The position numbers and the translations under genes were made by a program. A stretch of DNA of 59,620 nucleotides, counting the filler, from Actinomycetota bacterium (GTDB lineage: Bacteria; Actinomycetota; Actinomycetes; JAKEEW01), in NCBI GenBank assembly GCA_046725875.1. It is 3 parts of 3 records of this genome, joined end to end, with 100 filler letters (N's around TTAATTAATTAA, not from the genome) between each part and the next. Parts side by side here need not be neighbours in the genome. Positions count along the whole stretch, not along the records: positions 22,140 to 38,863 come from JBKOZJ010000081.1; positions 38,964 to 59,620 come from JBKOZJ010000083.1; 1 more part is not named here. The stretch is one strand, 5' to 3'. The notes below the pieces were generated by a model. The model had not been told where the DNA came from and did no database searches. It saw only the letters and a list, made by a program, of their open reading frames with translations. This document shows positions 29,202 through 40,155 of the stretch, piece after piece; the stretch's first letter is position 1, and every line of letters begins with the position of its first letter.

Positions 29202-30641
29202 TCAGCCGCGGGAAAGGCGTTTGACCAGTGCAGCCGCGGGAAGGGCGCGGGCGCCGAGGCGCTGGACGCCCTCGGCTATCTCTCGGTCGCTGGAGACCAC
29301 GATGATGGGGCGGCCCGCCGGCTCGGCCTGCACGAGCCGGCGGATGAGCTCGTCGGCGGTCTCCCCCGACTTACTGAAGAGGACGCGGACCCCGCGTGGC
29401 GCCGTGATCGACACCCGACTGTCGAGAGCGGCGCCGTCGAAGACGCACGTGATTTCGGCGCCGCTTTGAGCGGCCAGGCCACCCAGGCCGGTGATGAGAC
29501 GAGAACGCTGGGATTCGAGGGGGAGGCTGGCGAAGCCACTCTTGGTGACGTTGTAGCCGTCTATGACGAGGTGGACCTGGGGTAGCGCGAGCAGTTCGTC
29601 AAGCAGCGTCGGATCGTCACTCGGCCGGGCCCGGTCGCCAACCGTTCCGACGCCTGCGCCGGAGCCGGCGAGTGCCTCGACGGTGTCCGCTGGACGGATG
29701 GTCGTGGGTGGCAGCGCGAGCTCCCGCCGGAGTCCTTGGGCCGCATCCAGGACCGTGTCGAGCAGGAGGCGCAGCCGGACATCCTCGATGCTGCGGCCCT
29801 CGCGGGCCGTCCGGCGCGCGGACTCCAGCGCCTGCTCGGCGTCGGCGAGGCGGGTCTTCATGCGACGTAGCTCGGCATCGGCGGAGGCCTCGGTGGCCGC
29901 CGCATCGGCGCGCGCAGCCTCGGCCGCCTCTTCGGCAGTGCGTGCGTTGGTGACCGCCTCCTTCGCTTGCTGCCTTGCCTCGTGCAGCTTGCGCCGCAGG
30001 TCTGAGACCTCGCCCTTGACCCGGTCGAGGTCGCCACGCAGCCGGTCGGTGTCGGCCTTGGCCGCGGCTCGAGCCGCAGAGAGCTGTTCCTGCAATCGGG
30101 CAACCGCGTCATTGGCGGCGACCGAGCCGGTCGCCGCAGCAGCACGCTCCGCCGCCCGCCCGGCGGCATCTACATGTGCCTGCCAGCCGTCCGGCCGGAG
30201 CAGGTACGCGACGGCGCCGATGTCCGCCGGGTCGGCCGCGGCGGGGAGCGTGCCAGCGGCGAGCGCGGCGGCCAAATCCGGCATCGCCTCCCGGATTCGT
30301 GCGGCTACCGCAGCCCGGAAGGCACCGTCGGCCGCGAGCGCGCCGGCAATCGGTGTCCCCGCGAGGCGGGCGCGTTTGTGTGGAGCGAACCGGACGAACT
30401 GTCGCAGCGCTGCGGGGACATCGGTCAGCGGCAGCGCTCCGATCGCGTCTGCCGCCAGCGCGACGACACGCAGGCGCACTGGCTCCGGCAGCATGACCGG
30501 TACTGCCTCTCGTTCGGCCGCGTGAGCGGTTCGGGCGGCCGAATCCGCTGCCCCACCTGCACTGCCGGTCTCCGCGCCCGTGTCATCAAGCTGACCAGGC
30601 ACCATAGGCTCCTGGTCGGGCTGCGGTGACGGCGCGGACAT
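29202..30641 (-). CDS. NYN (YacP-like) domain protein with coiled coil
   Basis: HLVIDGYNVTK, CVFDG, TADELI, VVSSDRE; ATG 6 nt after TACCCT. Confidence 0.92.
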   Translation of the reverse strand: MSAPSPQPDQEPMVPGQLDDTGAETGSAGGAADSAARTAHAAEREAVPVMLPEPVRLRVVALAADAIGALPLTDVPAALRQFVRFAPHKRARLAGTPIAGALAADGAFRAAVAARIREAMPDLAAALAAGTLPAAADPADIGAVAYLLRPDGWQAHVDAAGRAAERAAAATGSVAANDAVARLQEQLSAARAAAKADTDRLRGDLDRVKGEVSDLRRKLHEARQQAKEAVTNARTAEEAAEAARADAAATEASADAELRRMKTRLADAEQALESARRTAREGRSIEDVRLRLLLDTVLDAAQGLRRELALPPTTIRPADTVEALAGSGAGVGTVGDRARPSDDPTLLDELLALPQVHLVIDGYNVTKSGFASLPLESQRSRLITGLGGLAAQSGAEITCVFDGAALDSRVSITAPRGVRVLFSKSGETADELIRRLVQAEPAGRPIIVVSSDREIAEGVQRLGARALPAAALVKRLSRG

Positions 30642-30750
30642 GTCCCCAGGGTATGTCGAACGGGCCAGCCCGCCGATCAAGAACCCACCCACACCCGCTG
30701 AACGCTCGGCGACCGAGAACCTGGGACACGCGGCGTCAGTAACCGAATTC

Positions 30751-30772
30751 TGTCGGTTGGGCGGCTTACCTT
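30751..30772 (+). promoter_or_regulatory. PafBC-dependent (RecA-NDp) DNA-damage promoter
   Basis: TGTCGG-N10-TACCTT, 7 nt before ATG 30780 (leaderless). Confidence 0.8.
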
Positions 30773-30779
30773 CCCTGAC

Positions 30780-32657
30780 ATGACCGCAGCGACCACGCCG
30801 CGGCTCACCCTTGGAGAGCCCATCGGCCCTGCCCATGGGAGGCATTCCCGGCCGGTGGCCATACAGGGCACCTTCGAGGAGCTTGGCAGGCCGTTGCGCG
30901 AGGTCACGTTTGTGGTGGTTGACCTGGAGACGACGGGAGCCGCGGCCACCGACAGCATCACCGAGGTCGGTGCGGTCAAGATTCGCGGCGGTGAGGTTCT
31001 CGGCGAGTTCCAGACGCTGGTCCACCCGGGTGGAGCGATCGCGCCGTTCGTCACGATCCTGACGGGGATCACCGACGCCATGGTTGTGACGGCGCCGTAC
31101 ATCGAGGCCGTGCTGCCCGCGTTTCTGGAGTTCGCCCAGGGTGCCGTTCTCGTGGCCCATAACGCACCGTTCGACATGGGATTCCTGCGCAGCGCCTGTG
31201 AGCGCCACGGCTATTCGTGGCCGGGCTTCGACGTACTCGACACCGCCCGCCTCGCGCGGCGAGTGCTGACCCGCGACGAGGTGCCGGATGCAACGCTCGG
31301 CACGCTCGCCCGCTATTTCCGAGCTGCGACGGCACCGATCCATCGGGCGCTGGCCGACGCCAGGGCCACCGTCGACGTCCTGCATGGCCTTCTGGAGCGG
31401 GTGGGCTCGTACGGCGTGCACTCGCTGGAAGAGCTCACCATCTTCTCGGCCCGGGTCGCGCCACAGCAGGTTGTCAAGCGCCACCTTGCCGAAGGACTGC
31501 CGAGCCTTCCGGGCGTCTACATGTTCCAGGACGCCTCCGGCAAGATCCTCTACGTCGGAAAGGCGCGCAACCTGCGCTCCCGCGTCCGGACCTATTTCAC
31601 TGCTGCCGAGAGCCGCACCCGGATAACGGAGATGATCGGCCTCGCGACACAAGTTACGCCGATCGTCTGTGCTACCGCCCTCGAGGCGGAGGTGCGTGAG
31701 TTGCGGCTCATTGCCGAGCACAAACCCGCCTACAACCGCAGGTCCCGGTATCCGGAGCGGGCGCTGTGGCTCAAGCTGACCGTCGAGCCGTTCCCGCGCC
31801 TGTCGATGGTGCGCGAGGTCCGCGACGACCAAACGACCTACTTCGGACCGTTCGGCTCCCGCCGGTTGGCCGAGCAGGCGATGACGGCATTGCACGAAGC
31901 CTTCCCAATCCGGCAGTGCACCCCGCGACTGTCGCCAAGGCGGCCACGGTCGCCGTGCATGCTCTATGAGATGGGGCGGTGCCACGGTCCATGTGCCGGC
32001 CACGAGTCACCCGCGGACTATTCAGTACATGTGGAGGCGGCCCGGTCGGCCATCCTCGGCGACGTGCGGCCCCTGGTGCGCCATATCACTGCCCGTATCG
32101 AACTGCTCGCCGGCCAGCATCGGTATGAGGACGCGGCCCGGCACCGCGACCGGCTGGTTGCCTTTGTGCGTACGGCGGCCAGGATGCAGCGCATCGCGGC
32201 GCTGACCCGGTGTCCCGAGCTGGTTGCGGCGCGGCCGGCGGCCGGGGCTCTTCCCCACGGTTGGACGCCCACCCGGGACCGCCCCAGGTCGGGCGCCACC
32301 GGCCGCCCGCCGTGGGAGATCATCGTCGTGCGGCATGGCCGGCTAGCCGCAGCGGGAGTAATGCCGCCGGATGCCATACCAGGGGCGTTCGTCGGGGCAT
32401 TGCTGGCGACTGCCGAGACGATAGCGCCAGGGCCGGGCCCGACACCCGCGGCAACGGCGGAAGAGACCGAATGCATCCTCGGCTGGCTCGAGGCGCCCGG
32501 CCTGCGGCTGGTTCAGATTGACGGTGAATGGTCGCTGCCCGTGCACGGCGCCGCGGCGGTGCGTGAGTGGCTCGAGCCGGCGACCTCCGGCGGGTCGGTG
32601 CTTGTGCCCTTTGACAGTCAGCGGCTGATGCGTCCGATTCACCGGCCTGCGAGATGA
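30780..32657 (+). CDS. DEDD exonuclease / GIY-YIG (DnaQ-UvrC-like) fusion protein
   Basis: VVDLETTG, AHNAPFD, HRALADA; PGVY..LYVGKARNLRSRV; Cys cluster; UVR-like YEDAARHRD. Confidence 0.95.
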   Translation: MTAATTPRLTLGEPIGPAHGRHSRPVAIQGTFEELGRPLREVTFVVVDLETTGAAATDSITEVGAVKIRGGEVLGEFQTLVHPGGAIAPFVTILTGITDAMVVTAPYIEAVLPAFLEFAQGAVLVAHNAPFDMGFLRSACERHGYSWPGFDVLDTARLARRVLTRDEVPDATLGTLARYFRAATAPIHRALADARATVDVLHGLLERVGSYGVHSLEELTIFSARVAPQQVVKRHLAEGLPSLPGVYMFQDASGKILYVGKARNLRSRVRTYFTAAESRTRITEMIGLATQVTPIVCATALEAEVRELRLIAEHKPAYNRRSRYPERALWLKLTVEPFPRLSMVREVRDDQTTYFGPFGSRRLAEQAMTALHEAFPIRQCTPRLSPRRPRSPCMLYEMGRCHGPCAGHESPADYSVHVEAARSAILGDVRPLVRHITARIELLAGQHRYEDAARHRDRLVAFVRTAARMQRIAALTRCPELVAARPAAGALPHGWTPTRDRPRSGATGRPPWEIIVVRHGRLAAAGVMPPDAIPGAFVGALLATAETIAPGPGPTPAATAEETECILGWLEAPGLRLVQIDGEWSLPVHGAAAVREWLEPATSGGSVLVPFDSQRLMRPIHRPAR

Positions 32658-32664
32658 TCGGTCG

Positions 32665-33474
32665 GTGGTCATTCCCATTCACGACCAGAACCCGGTTCGG
32701 CGCCCGGCCATCGTTACGTACGTGATCATCGCGATCAACATCGCGGTCTTCCTGGTCGGGCCGGTCTCCGGGCTGTCGGGTCGCTACGGCTCAGGTGCCG
32801 CCCTCGCCTGTGCACAAGAGAACTACTTCCTGGAGTACGGCGCGATCCCGAAGGAGCTGCTTAGCAACCGTGAGCTCCCGCCCGAGCAGGTCCGCATCAG
32901 GCAGAATGGCGTTGTCTTCCGTTGCATCGTTGGCAAGCAGGAAAAGGTGCCGGTCTGGTCGGCGTTCACCGCCATTTTCGTCCACGGCGGCTGGCTCCAC
33001 CTGCTCGGCAACATGCTCTTCCTCTACGTGTTCGGCAACAACGTGGAGGACCAGCTAGGTCGCCTGCGCTACCTGATCTTCTATCTCGCCGCCGGCTTGG
33101 TCGCAACGTACGCGTTCGCTCTGCTGACCGCGCGTGGCTCGACGCAACCGCTGGTCGGCGCGTCCGGTGCCATCGCGGGTGTTCTGGGCGCGTATCTATG
33201 GCTCTTCCCGCGTGCCAAGGTGATCAGCTTGGTTCCGTTCCTGCTCTTCCTGCCGTTCCGGCTGCCGGCTTGGATCGTGCTTGGCACCTGGTTCGTCCTG
33301 CAGTGGCTGTATGCGCAGGGCGCGGGGGTGTCCGGGGAGACCGGGGTTGCGTATGCCGCCCACGTTGCCGGGTTCATCTTCGGATTCGTTGTCGCGGTGC
33401 TCTTCGCCGAACGGCCCAAGCGGCCGCCGGATGAATACAGGTACCGCTACGCGGGTCCGCGCTGGGGACGGTGA
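32665..33474 (+). CDS. rhomboid family intramembrane serine protease
   Basis: HGGWLHLLGNM, GASGA, AHVAG. Confidence 0.95.
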   Translation: MVIPIHDQNPVRRPAIVTYVIIAINIAVFLVGPVSGLSGRYGSGAALACAQENYFLEYGAIPKELLSNRELPPEQVRIRQNGVVFRCIVGKQEKVPVWSAFTAIFVHGGWLHLLGNMLFLYVFGNNVEDQLGRLRYLIFYLAAGLVATYAFALLTARGSTQPLVGASGAIAGVLGAYLWLFPRAKVISLVPFLLFLPFRLPAWIVLGTWFVLQWLYAQGAGVSGETGVAYAAHVAGFIFGFVVAVLFAERPKRPPDEYRYRYAGPRWGR

Positions 33475-33502
33475 GTCAGCCACCCGAGGCAGTCGCCACC
33501 GC

Positions 33503-33557
33503 GGTAGAAGGGGTCACCGCTGCCACAAACGGCTCGGGCCAGAGGGAGCCCTGCTAG
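33503..33557. repeat. degenerate GTAG-type REP-like palindrome
   Basis: GGTAGAAGGGG...GCCCTGCTAG between convergent genes. Confidence 0.5.
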
Positions 33558-33841
33558 TCCGCCTCCGCGACGCCGAGGGCGAACGCGGCCTCGAGGTCGT
33601 GCTGAGAGTAGGTCCGGAAGGCGACGTGGGTTTCGGTCGTCAGGATTCCCTCGATCTTGTTGATCCGGCCGGGTATGACATCGGCCAGTTCCTCGTGCTG
33701 ATGCACTCGCACCATCGCGATCAGGTCGAACTCACCGGTGACCGAATAGACCTCGCTCACACTTTCCAGCTCCGCGATCGCTTCGGCGACCTCCGGAATC
33801 CGGTTGACCTGCGCTTTGATGAGCACGATCGCGGTGATCAA
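33554..33841 (-). CDS. Lrp/AsnC ligand-binding domain protein
   Basis: ITAIVLI, EVYSVTGEFDLIA, TETHVAFRTYS; GGAGG SD before TTG. Confidence 0.92.
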   Translation of the reverse strand: MITAIVLIKAQVNRIPEVAEAIAELESVSEVYSVTGEFDLIAMVRVHQHEELADVIPGRINKIEGILTTETHVAFRTYSQHDLEAAFALGVAEAD

Positions 33842-33868
33842 CGGTTCCTCCACCCGGGTAAGCAGAAT

Positions 33869-34972
33869 TTAGAACGTCTTCTTCTTGTGGGCCGCTTCGA
33901 CCCAGCGCTCCAACGCGCCGGCGGCCGCCCCCGTGTCCACCGACTCGGCGGCCTGCGCGAGGCTGCGGCGCAGGAGCTGCGGAAGCTCGGCGGCCGCCGC
34001 CGCCGCCTCCAGCCGGCCCGTCACCGAGCCGCGGTCCGCCAGCTCGTACGCGACGAGAGCAGCGGCCGCGTTGAGCAGGACAGTGTCACGCGCCGCGCCG
34101 CCCTCGCCGGCAAAGAAGGCACGGGCCGCGGCCGCGTTGACAGCAACGCTGCCGCCGCGAAGCTCGACCGGCTCATGGTGAGCGATCCCGAGCTGGCCCG
34201 GGTCGAGGAACGACTCCACGACGGCGCCACGGTGGACCAGCCAGACCCGTGAGGTCGTCGTGGTAGTGAGCTCGTCCAGACCGTCGTCGCCGTGGAAGAC
34301 CAGGGCCGACACGTCCCTGCGGGCGAGCACGCCGGCCAGAATGCCCGCCATCCGCGCGTCCGCCACACCGACCGCTGCCGCCACGGGGCGGGCCGGATTC
34401 GCAAGCGGGCCGAGGAAGTTGAACGTCGTGGCCACACCGATCTCCCGGCGCGGACCGGCCGCATGGCGGAGCGCAGGATGGAACACCGGCGCGAAGCAAA
34501 AGGTGATGCCCACCTCTCCGGCGAGCTCGGCGACCTGGCCGGGCTGGAGGTCGAGCGGGACGCCAAGCTCCTCGAGCAGATCGGCCGATCCGCATGCCGA
34601 GGACGCGGCGCGGTTCCCGTGCTTTACCACCGTGGCGCCCGCCCCGGCCGCGACCAAGGCCGCCATCGTCGAGATGTTGACGGTGTGCGCCCGGTCACCG
34701 CCGGTACCGACCACGTCCAGGGTCCGGCCCGGCACATCGATCGTGGTGGCGTGGACGTACATCGCCTCGACCAGGCCCGACACCTCGTCGACGGTCTCGC
34801 CCTTCGCTCGCAGCGCGACCACGAACGCCGCGATCTGCGCCGAGGTCGCCTCGCCCGACATGATCTCGTTCATCGCCCATGCGGTCGCGTCGGGGGGCAA
34901 ATCAGCGCGACGCAGCAGCGCCGAGAGGACCTCCGACCAGGAGTGCTCAGTTGACGCGGTATCCAGGCTCAT
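33869..34972 (-). CDS. trpD: anthranilate phosphoribosyltransferase
   Basis: [40 protein letters not shown]. Confidence 0.97.
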   Translation of the reverse strand: MSLDTASTEHSWSEVLSALLRRADLPPDATAWAMNEIMSGEATSAQIAAFVVALRAKGETVDEVSGLVEAMYVHATTIDVPGRTLDVVGTGGDRAHTVNISTMAALVAAGAGATVVKHGNRAASSACGSADLLEELGVPLDLQPGQVAELAGEVGITFCFAPVFHPALRHAAGPRREIGVATTFNFLGPLANPARPVAAAVGVADARMAGILAGVLARRDVSALVFHGDDGLDELTTTTTSRVWLVHRGAVVESFLDPGQLGIAHHEPVELRGGSVAVNAAAARAFFAGEGGAARDTVLLNAAAALVAYELADRGSVTGRLEAAAAAAELPQLLRRSLAQAAESVDTGAAAGALERWVEAAHKKKTF

Positions 34973-34978
34973 CGCTGC

Positions 34979-35416
34979 TCACATCGTCGGGTCGGCCAGT
35001 AGCCTGGGCTGACGCAGCCGAGCGAGCCGCCGGCGCATTAGGCCGGCCACCGCGTCAGCGACGGCGATGGGGTCGAGCGGATGTGGCACGACAGCGTCCG
35101 CGCGGGACCAGTTCGCGAGCCAAGCGTCCTGTGGCCGGCCGATAAGTACCAGCACCGGCGGGCATCGGTAGATCTCGTCCTTGAGCTGCCGGCAGATTCC
35201 CATGCCACCGGCGGGCACTGCCTCACCGTCGAGCACGATCACGTCGATCCCGCCCTGGTCGACCCGGGAGATGACAGCCGGTTCGGTCGCGCACTCCACC
35301 CACTCCACCCGGGGAAGCTCGGGCGCCGGCCGGCGGCCCACGGCGAGCTTGACCTTCTCTCTGGTGTTGATGTCGTCGCTGTAGACGAGAACGGTCATCT
35401 TCTCGGTGCTGTTCAT
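34979..35416 (-). CDS. stand-alone receiver-like protein
   Basis: VLVYSDD, LDGEAVPAGGMGICRQLKDE, GRPQDAWLA. Confidence 0.88.
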   Translation of the reverse strand: MNSTEKMTVLVYSDDINTREKVKLAVGRRPAPELPRVEWVECATEPAVISRVDQGGIDVIVLDGEAVPAGGMGICRQLKDEIYRCPPVLVLIGRPQDAWLANWSRADAVVPHPLDPIAVADAVAGLMRRRLARLRQPRLLADPTM

Positions 35417-35886
35417 CTCGGTCCCTTGCCACAAGATCGGCGCGTAGCGGGGGCGGGCGGTGCGTGACGAACTGCCGTCGTCACCGCCGGCGGCACTGCC
35501 GGCCGGCGGCAGATCTGCGGCGAATGCTACCGGCTCACGAGCCAAGGCGGCGCGGCGGAGCCAGGCCACGAGCTGCCGGTTGTGCCGCCAGAGTCCCACC
35601 AAGCTCCGACCCTGGTCGACGACCTGCTCGGCCATTGGCCGGGTCGGTGATCCCGGTATGCATGTCGTAGGAAATGCCCCGCGCGACGAAACCCCGTCGG
35701 AGGCGTCGAATCGCCCGCGGGGCGATCCCGGCTGTTCGGGCCGTGTCGCCGTGGATCGATCCTGGTGAATCCAGGAAGCTCAACGCCCAGACGCCGTCTG
35801 TCGGCGGACCCGGGGGTTGCAGGCAAGCGTCTTGATTGGCCCGCTCCCCGGCGCGTGCTTGGACGGGGCCGATCGTCCGATGCGGC

Positions 35887-38863
35887 TTAGGTCGCGCCGG
35901 GACGGGCCGGTTCGGCGGCGAGGAGGCCGGCGCGGTCGGCGATGGTGGCTGCTTGCACCCGGGTTGTGGCGTCGAGTTTGCGCAGGATGTGGGTGACGTG
36001 GACGCCGGCGGTTCGCGGGCTGATAAACAAGGCGGCGGCTATCTCCGGGTTGGTCTTGCCCTGGCCGAGCAGTCGCAGCACATCGAGCTCACGGTCGGTC
36101 AGCCCGAATGGGCGAGTGGCCGCCGACTCGTCCCGCGGGACCGGCTGGACGGGTGCGCTTAGGTCGATGCGAGCGCGGCGGGCGAGATCCTGGATCGCTG
36201 TCGTCAGCGGCACGTGCTCCATCGCCAGATCCGCCGCCGTAGACAGCACGGTCGCGGCGGCTCCGCGGCCGCCGTGCGGCGTGGCCAGCAGTACTTCGGC
36301 TTGCCGCCAGCGGGCATATCCGGCGCGATGCCGATAGCCCAGGGCTTCCCACCGCTCGGCGGCCACACTCCATGCGGAGGGATCGCTCGCGCCCCTCGTG
36401 CGGCCTTGTTCGGCGTCCCAGGTACTGCGCTCCGCCGGGATGCTCGCCACGAAAGGGTGCTCGGCGAATGGGGCGCCGCGTTCACGCTTTACCCAGGAGG
36501 TCAAGTCCTCGGCCGCGACAAGCGCGGCTTGTACAGACGGTTGATCTCCGCGGGCGCGGCCGAGCTGGGCCAGGTCCGCGCAGGCGCGCATGCCCACCGC
36601 AAGCGGCCAGCCGCAAGAGATGACCTCCCCGGAGCCCTCTAGGCGCTCGAGCACCGTCTGGACCGCCTCGAGTGCCTCCTGCGGCCGCCCGGCCCACAGC
36701 GCTACCTCCGCGACACCTAGCCCGAGGAAGAAAGCGTGCTCGAGGCTGGTGCCCAGCTCGATCTGACTCAGCCGCTGCGCAGCTGCGTCAAACTCGCCGC
36801 GCAGTAGGTCGATCTCGCCGCGGCTCATGTGCAGCGCTATATAGACCCAGTCGAGCGGCCCGGTGGTCAGCGGGTCGATCAGTGCGGCCGCTTCCGAGGT
36901 GCAGCCTCGGGCAAGCAAGCCCTCCACCGCGTTGCCCATGGCGATGTTCGCCTCGTAGCTGCTCGCCAAACCGTGGCGCCGCGCGTCGCCGAGACCGCGC
37001 AGCCCGACTCGGGTTGCCTCCTCGAGCCTTCCCAGTTTCAGCAGCCCGTCGCTCTCGATGATCGCGAGCCAAAGCGCCGCCAAGGGGTCCGGGGATGCCT
37101 CCAGCTCGTCCCGCGCTCGGGCGAGCAGCCGGAGTGCCTCATCGACCTTGCCGAGATCGAACAACTGGGACGCGCGCGTACAAAGAATGCGTGGTCTCAA
37201 CGTCGCTGCGCCGGCCGCCTCAGCGATCTCGAGCGCGCGGTCAAGCGCCGCCAGCACCTCTTCCGGGCGCCGCCCCTCGCTCGCGAATAGGAAGTGGTGC
37301 GCGTACCAGTACCAGGCCTCGGCGCGTTCGACTGTCGGTGGGGTGCCCTCGAAAAGCCGCAACGCCTCCTCGATCAAGGGGAGTCCGGCGGCGGGGGAAT
37401 CGAGCGTCACCCCCCGAAAGAAGCCAACGCGGTAGTAGACCAGTGCACGGGTGGCACGGTCGGGGTGGTCGGCGAACCGGCGGTACGCGTCCTCTGCGAC
37501 AACCCGGGCCTGTCTCCGGTCGCCGGACGCTTCGAGCGCATCCACCGCCCGTAGGTACAGGTGCGGCACGTCGATTCCGGCGGCGAGGTCGACGCTGGTT
37601 TCGGCCACGCACAGGTCGATGGCCCGCCGCCAGTGTGTTGCGGCGTCGGCGTAGGCAAACACGTGCTGGGCGGCCTCTGCGGCGGCGAGCCGGACCTGCA
37701 GCTCCTCGGCGGCCCGGCCCGCGGCGGCCCAATGGCCGGCAGCCTCGGCTGCCAGCGTGTCGTCCCCAGCGGCCTCCAGTGCCGTTGCGATGCGTTCGTG
37801 CAGCGCGACCCGCTCGTCGGGCAACAACTCGGCCGCCACCGCCTCGCCGAGCAACGCATGCCGGGGCCTATGCCCTCTGTCGGCAGCGGCCGCAAGCAAC
37901 CGGACCGCGGTCAACTCGCGTACGGCTGTCCGGACTGTTTCGGGGCCCAGACCGGTGACCTCGCCGAGGAACCGCTCGCTCAACGGCCGACCAGCCATGG
38001 ACAGCACGGCGAGCACCGCCCGCGCGTCAGCGCCGCACCCGGCCGCCCGGGCGACCAAGAGCTCCGCCAAGCGCGCCGGCAACGTCACCGACTCCGGCGG
38101 CAGCCCCTCCGAGTCCGTGACGGCGGCGGCGACCAGCTGCTCGGTGAAGAACGGATGGCCCTCTGCCCGGGCGTACACGTCCTCCACCAGCCCAGCCGGC
38201 GGAGCAGCGCCCACCAGCGCGCTGACCTGCCCGGCCACCTCGCTGGGAGACAGCGGGCCGAGCCGAATCTCCTCCACCCCCGCATCCCGGCGTACATGCG
38301 TCAACCAGTCGGCTACTCCCGGGTCCAGCGGCACCTCGTCACTGCGGCAGGTCACCACCAGCGACATGGGACTGTCACGGCCGGCCCGCATCAGATAGGT
38401 CAAGAAATCCAGCGTCGCATCGTCCGCCCAGTGCACGTCCTCGATCAACAGCGCGAGCGGAGACCGCCGCGCCACGCCGCCCAACAACTCGGCCACCGCG
38501 GCGAACAGCCGCTCATGCCGCCACCCCTCCACCGCCTTCGCCCGACTCGCCTCGCCGGCAAGCCGCGGCAGCAGACGGGCCACCTCCGGCCGGACATACG
38601 CCGGCGCCGCCTCGAGCGCCGCCTCAAACGGCTCGCCCCCATCCAGGCGGCTCAGCTCAGCCAGCGCATCCGCCACCGGCAGCAACGGCAGCTTCGCCGC
38701 CAACGGCAAACAGCCCCCACTAACCGCGATCAATCGAGCCGCGCCAGGCCGAGCCCCGGCCAGACCCTCACATACCAGCCGGGTTTTGCCGATACCGGCA
38801 TCCCCCACCACCAGTACCAGGCGGGCCCGGTCGGCCAGCGCCGACTCCAGCCGGGACAGCTCC
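35887..38863 (-). CDS. AAA ATPase-LuxR family transcriptional regulator, 5'-partial
   Basis: GDAGIGKT Walker A, EDVHWAD Walker B, C-terminal LTDRELDVL..GKTNPEIA..HVTHILRKL HTH. Confidence 0.93.
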
Positions 38864-38963
38864 NNNNNNNNNNNNNNNNNNNNNNNNNNNNNNNNNNNNN
38901 NNNNNNNTTAATTAATTAANNNNNNNNNNNNNNNNNNNNNNNNNNNNNNNNNNNNNNNNNNNN
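38864..38963. other. artificial contig linker / assembly gap
   Basis: N-run + TTAATTAATTAA + N-run. Confidence 0.98.
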
Positions 38964-39027
38964 CCGCGGCCAGCCGGGCGGGCCCGGAAGTTTTCCCGTA
39001 CGAACCGACCCAACGAGGGCGACCAGG

Positions 39028-40155
39028 ATGGATCACCACGAAACCACGACCCAGCAAATGAACCAGGACCCCACGCGCGGAGGTGTGGAACAAGCAGAGC
39101 CGGCAGGCGGCGTACGGGACGCCGGCCCGGACGCGGCCCTCCTCGAGCAGAGCCTCTTCGAGATCAAGCGGGTGATCGTCGGCCAGCACAACATGGTCGA
39201 ACGGTTGCTCGTCGGCGTGCTCGCCCGTGGCCACTGCCTTCTCGAAGGCGTCCCGGGCATCGCGAAGACGCTCGCCGCCGAAACACTTGCCCGAGTCATG
39301 GGCGGCAGCTTCGCCCGCCTGCAGTTCACCCCGGACCTTGTGCCGTCCGACATCGTTGGCACCCGCATCTACCGGCCCAGTTCCGAGCGCTTCGACATCG
39401 AGCTAGGCCCCGTCATGGCCAACATCGTCCTTGCGGACGAGATCAACCGTGCTCCCGCGAAGGTGCAGTCCGCCCTGCTCGAGGCCATGGCCGAGCAGCA
39501 CGTCAGCATCGCCGGGACGACGTTTGCCGTGCCAAAGCCGTTCATGGTGCTCGCCACCCAGAACCCGATCGAGTCGGAGGGCGTCTACCAACTCCCGGAA
39601 GCGCAGCGTGACCGCTTCCTCATGAAGATCGATATGGACTACCCGAGCCCAACCGAGGAGCTCAGCATTCTCTACCGGATGAGCGTCGACCCACCGGTGG
39701 CGCGTCGCATTCTCGATCCAGAGCGGTTGGTCGAGCTGCAGGCCGTCACGGACCGAGTGTTCGTACACCACGCGATCGCCGAGTACGCCGTGCGCCTTGT
39801 CGTCGCCACCCGGGATCCGGCGTCGATCGGGCTGAACGACCTCGTCCCGCTGATCGCGTATGGCGCCAGCCCGCGGGCCACCCTCGGCCTGGTGGCGGCG
39901 GCCCGCGGGTTGGCGCTGTTGCGCGGTCGCGGCTACGTCGTTCCGGGCGATGTGCGGGATATCGCAAAGGAGGTGATGGCGCACCGGATTGGCCTGTCCT
40001 TCGACGCGTTGGCCGACGGTGTGCCGGCGCCGCGCATCGTGGAACGGGTGATCGGCGCCATTCCCCAGCCAAGGATTGCGCCGCGGCAGTACGCCGAACC
40101 CCCGCTCGACTCCGCCGTTTCGTTCGGCGTGGGCCAGGAACGGGAGTCGGCGTGA
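39028..40155 (+). CDS. moxR: MoxR family AAA+ ATPase
   Basis: EGVPGIAKT, QFTPDLVPSD, LADEINRAPAKVQSALLE, ATQNPIE, GASPRA. Confidence 0.95.
   Translation: MDHHETTTQQMNQDPTRGGVEQAEPAGGVRDAGPDAALLEQSLFEIKRVIVGQHNMVERLLVGVLARGHCLLEGVPGIAKTLAAETLARVMGGSFARLQFTPDLVPSDIVGTRIYRPSSERFDIELGPVMANIVLADEINRAPAKVQSALLEAMAEQHVSIAGTTFAVPKPFMVLATQNPIESEGVYQLPEAQRDRFLMKIDMDYPSPTEELSILYRMSVDPPVARRILDPERLVELQAVTDRVFVHHAIAEYAVRLVVATRDPASIGLNDLVPLIAYGASPRATLGLVAAARGLALLRGRGYVVPGDVRDIAKEVMAHRIGLSFDALADGVPAPRIVERVIGAIPQPRIAPRQYAEPPLDSAVSFGVGQERESA

Noticed and set aside
29202..32003. 933-aa ORF as a giant NYN fusion
   Set aside because: The N-terminal 454 codons are the antisense shadow of the DnaQ-UvrC gene and intergenic DNA; the real start is 30641
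35417..35635. N-terminal extension of the receiver ORF
   Set aside because: Low-complexity and non-homologous; an SD-like AAGGGA supports ATG 35416
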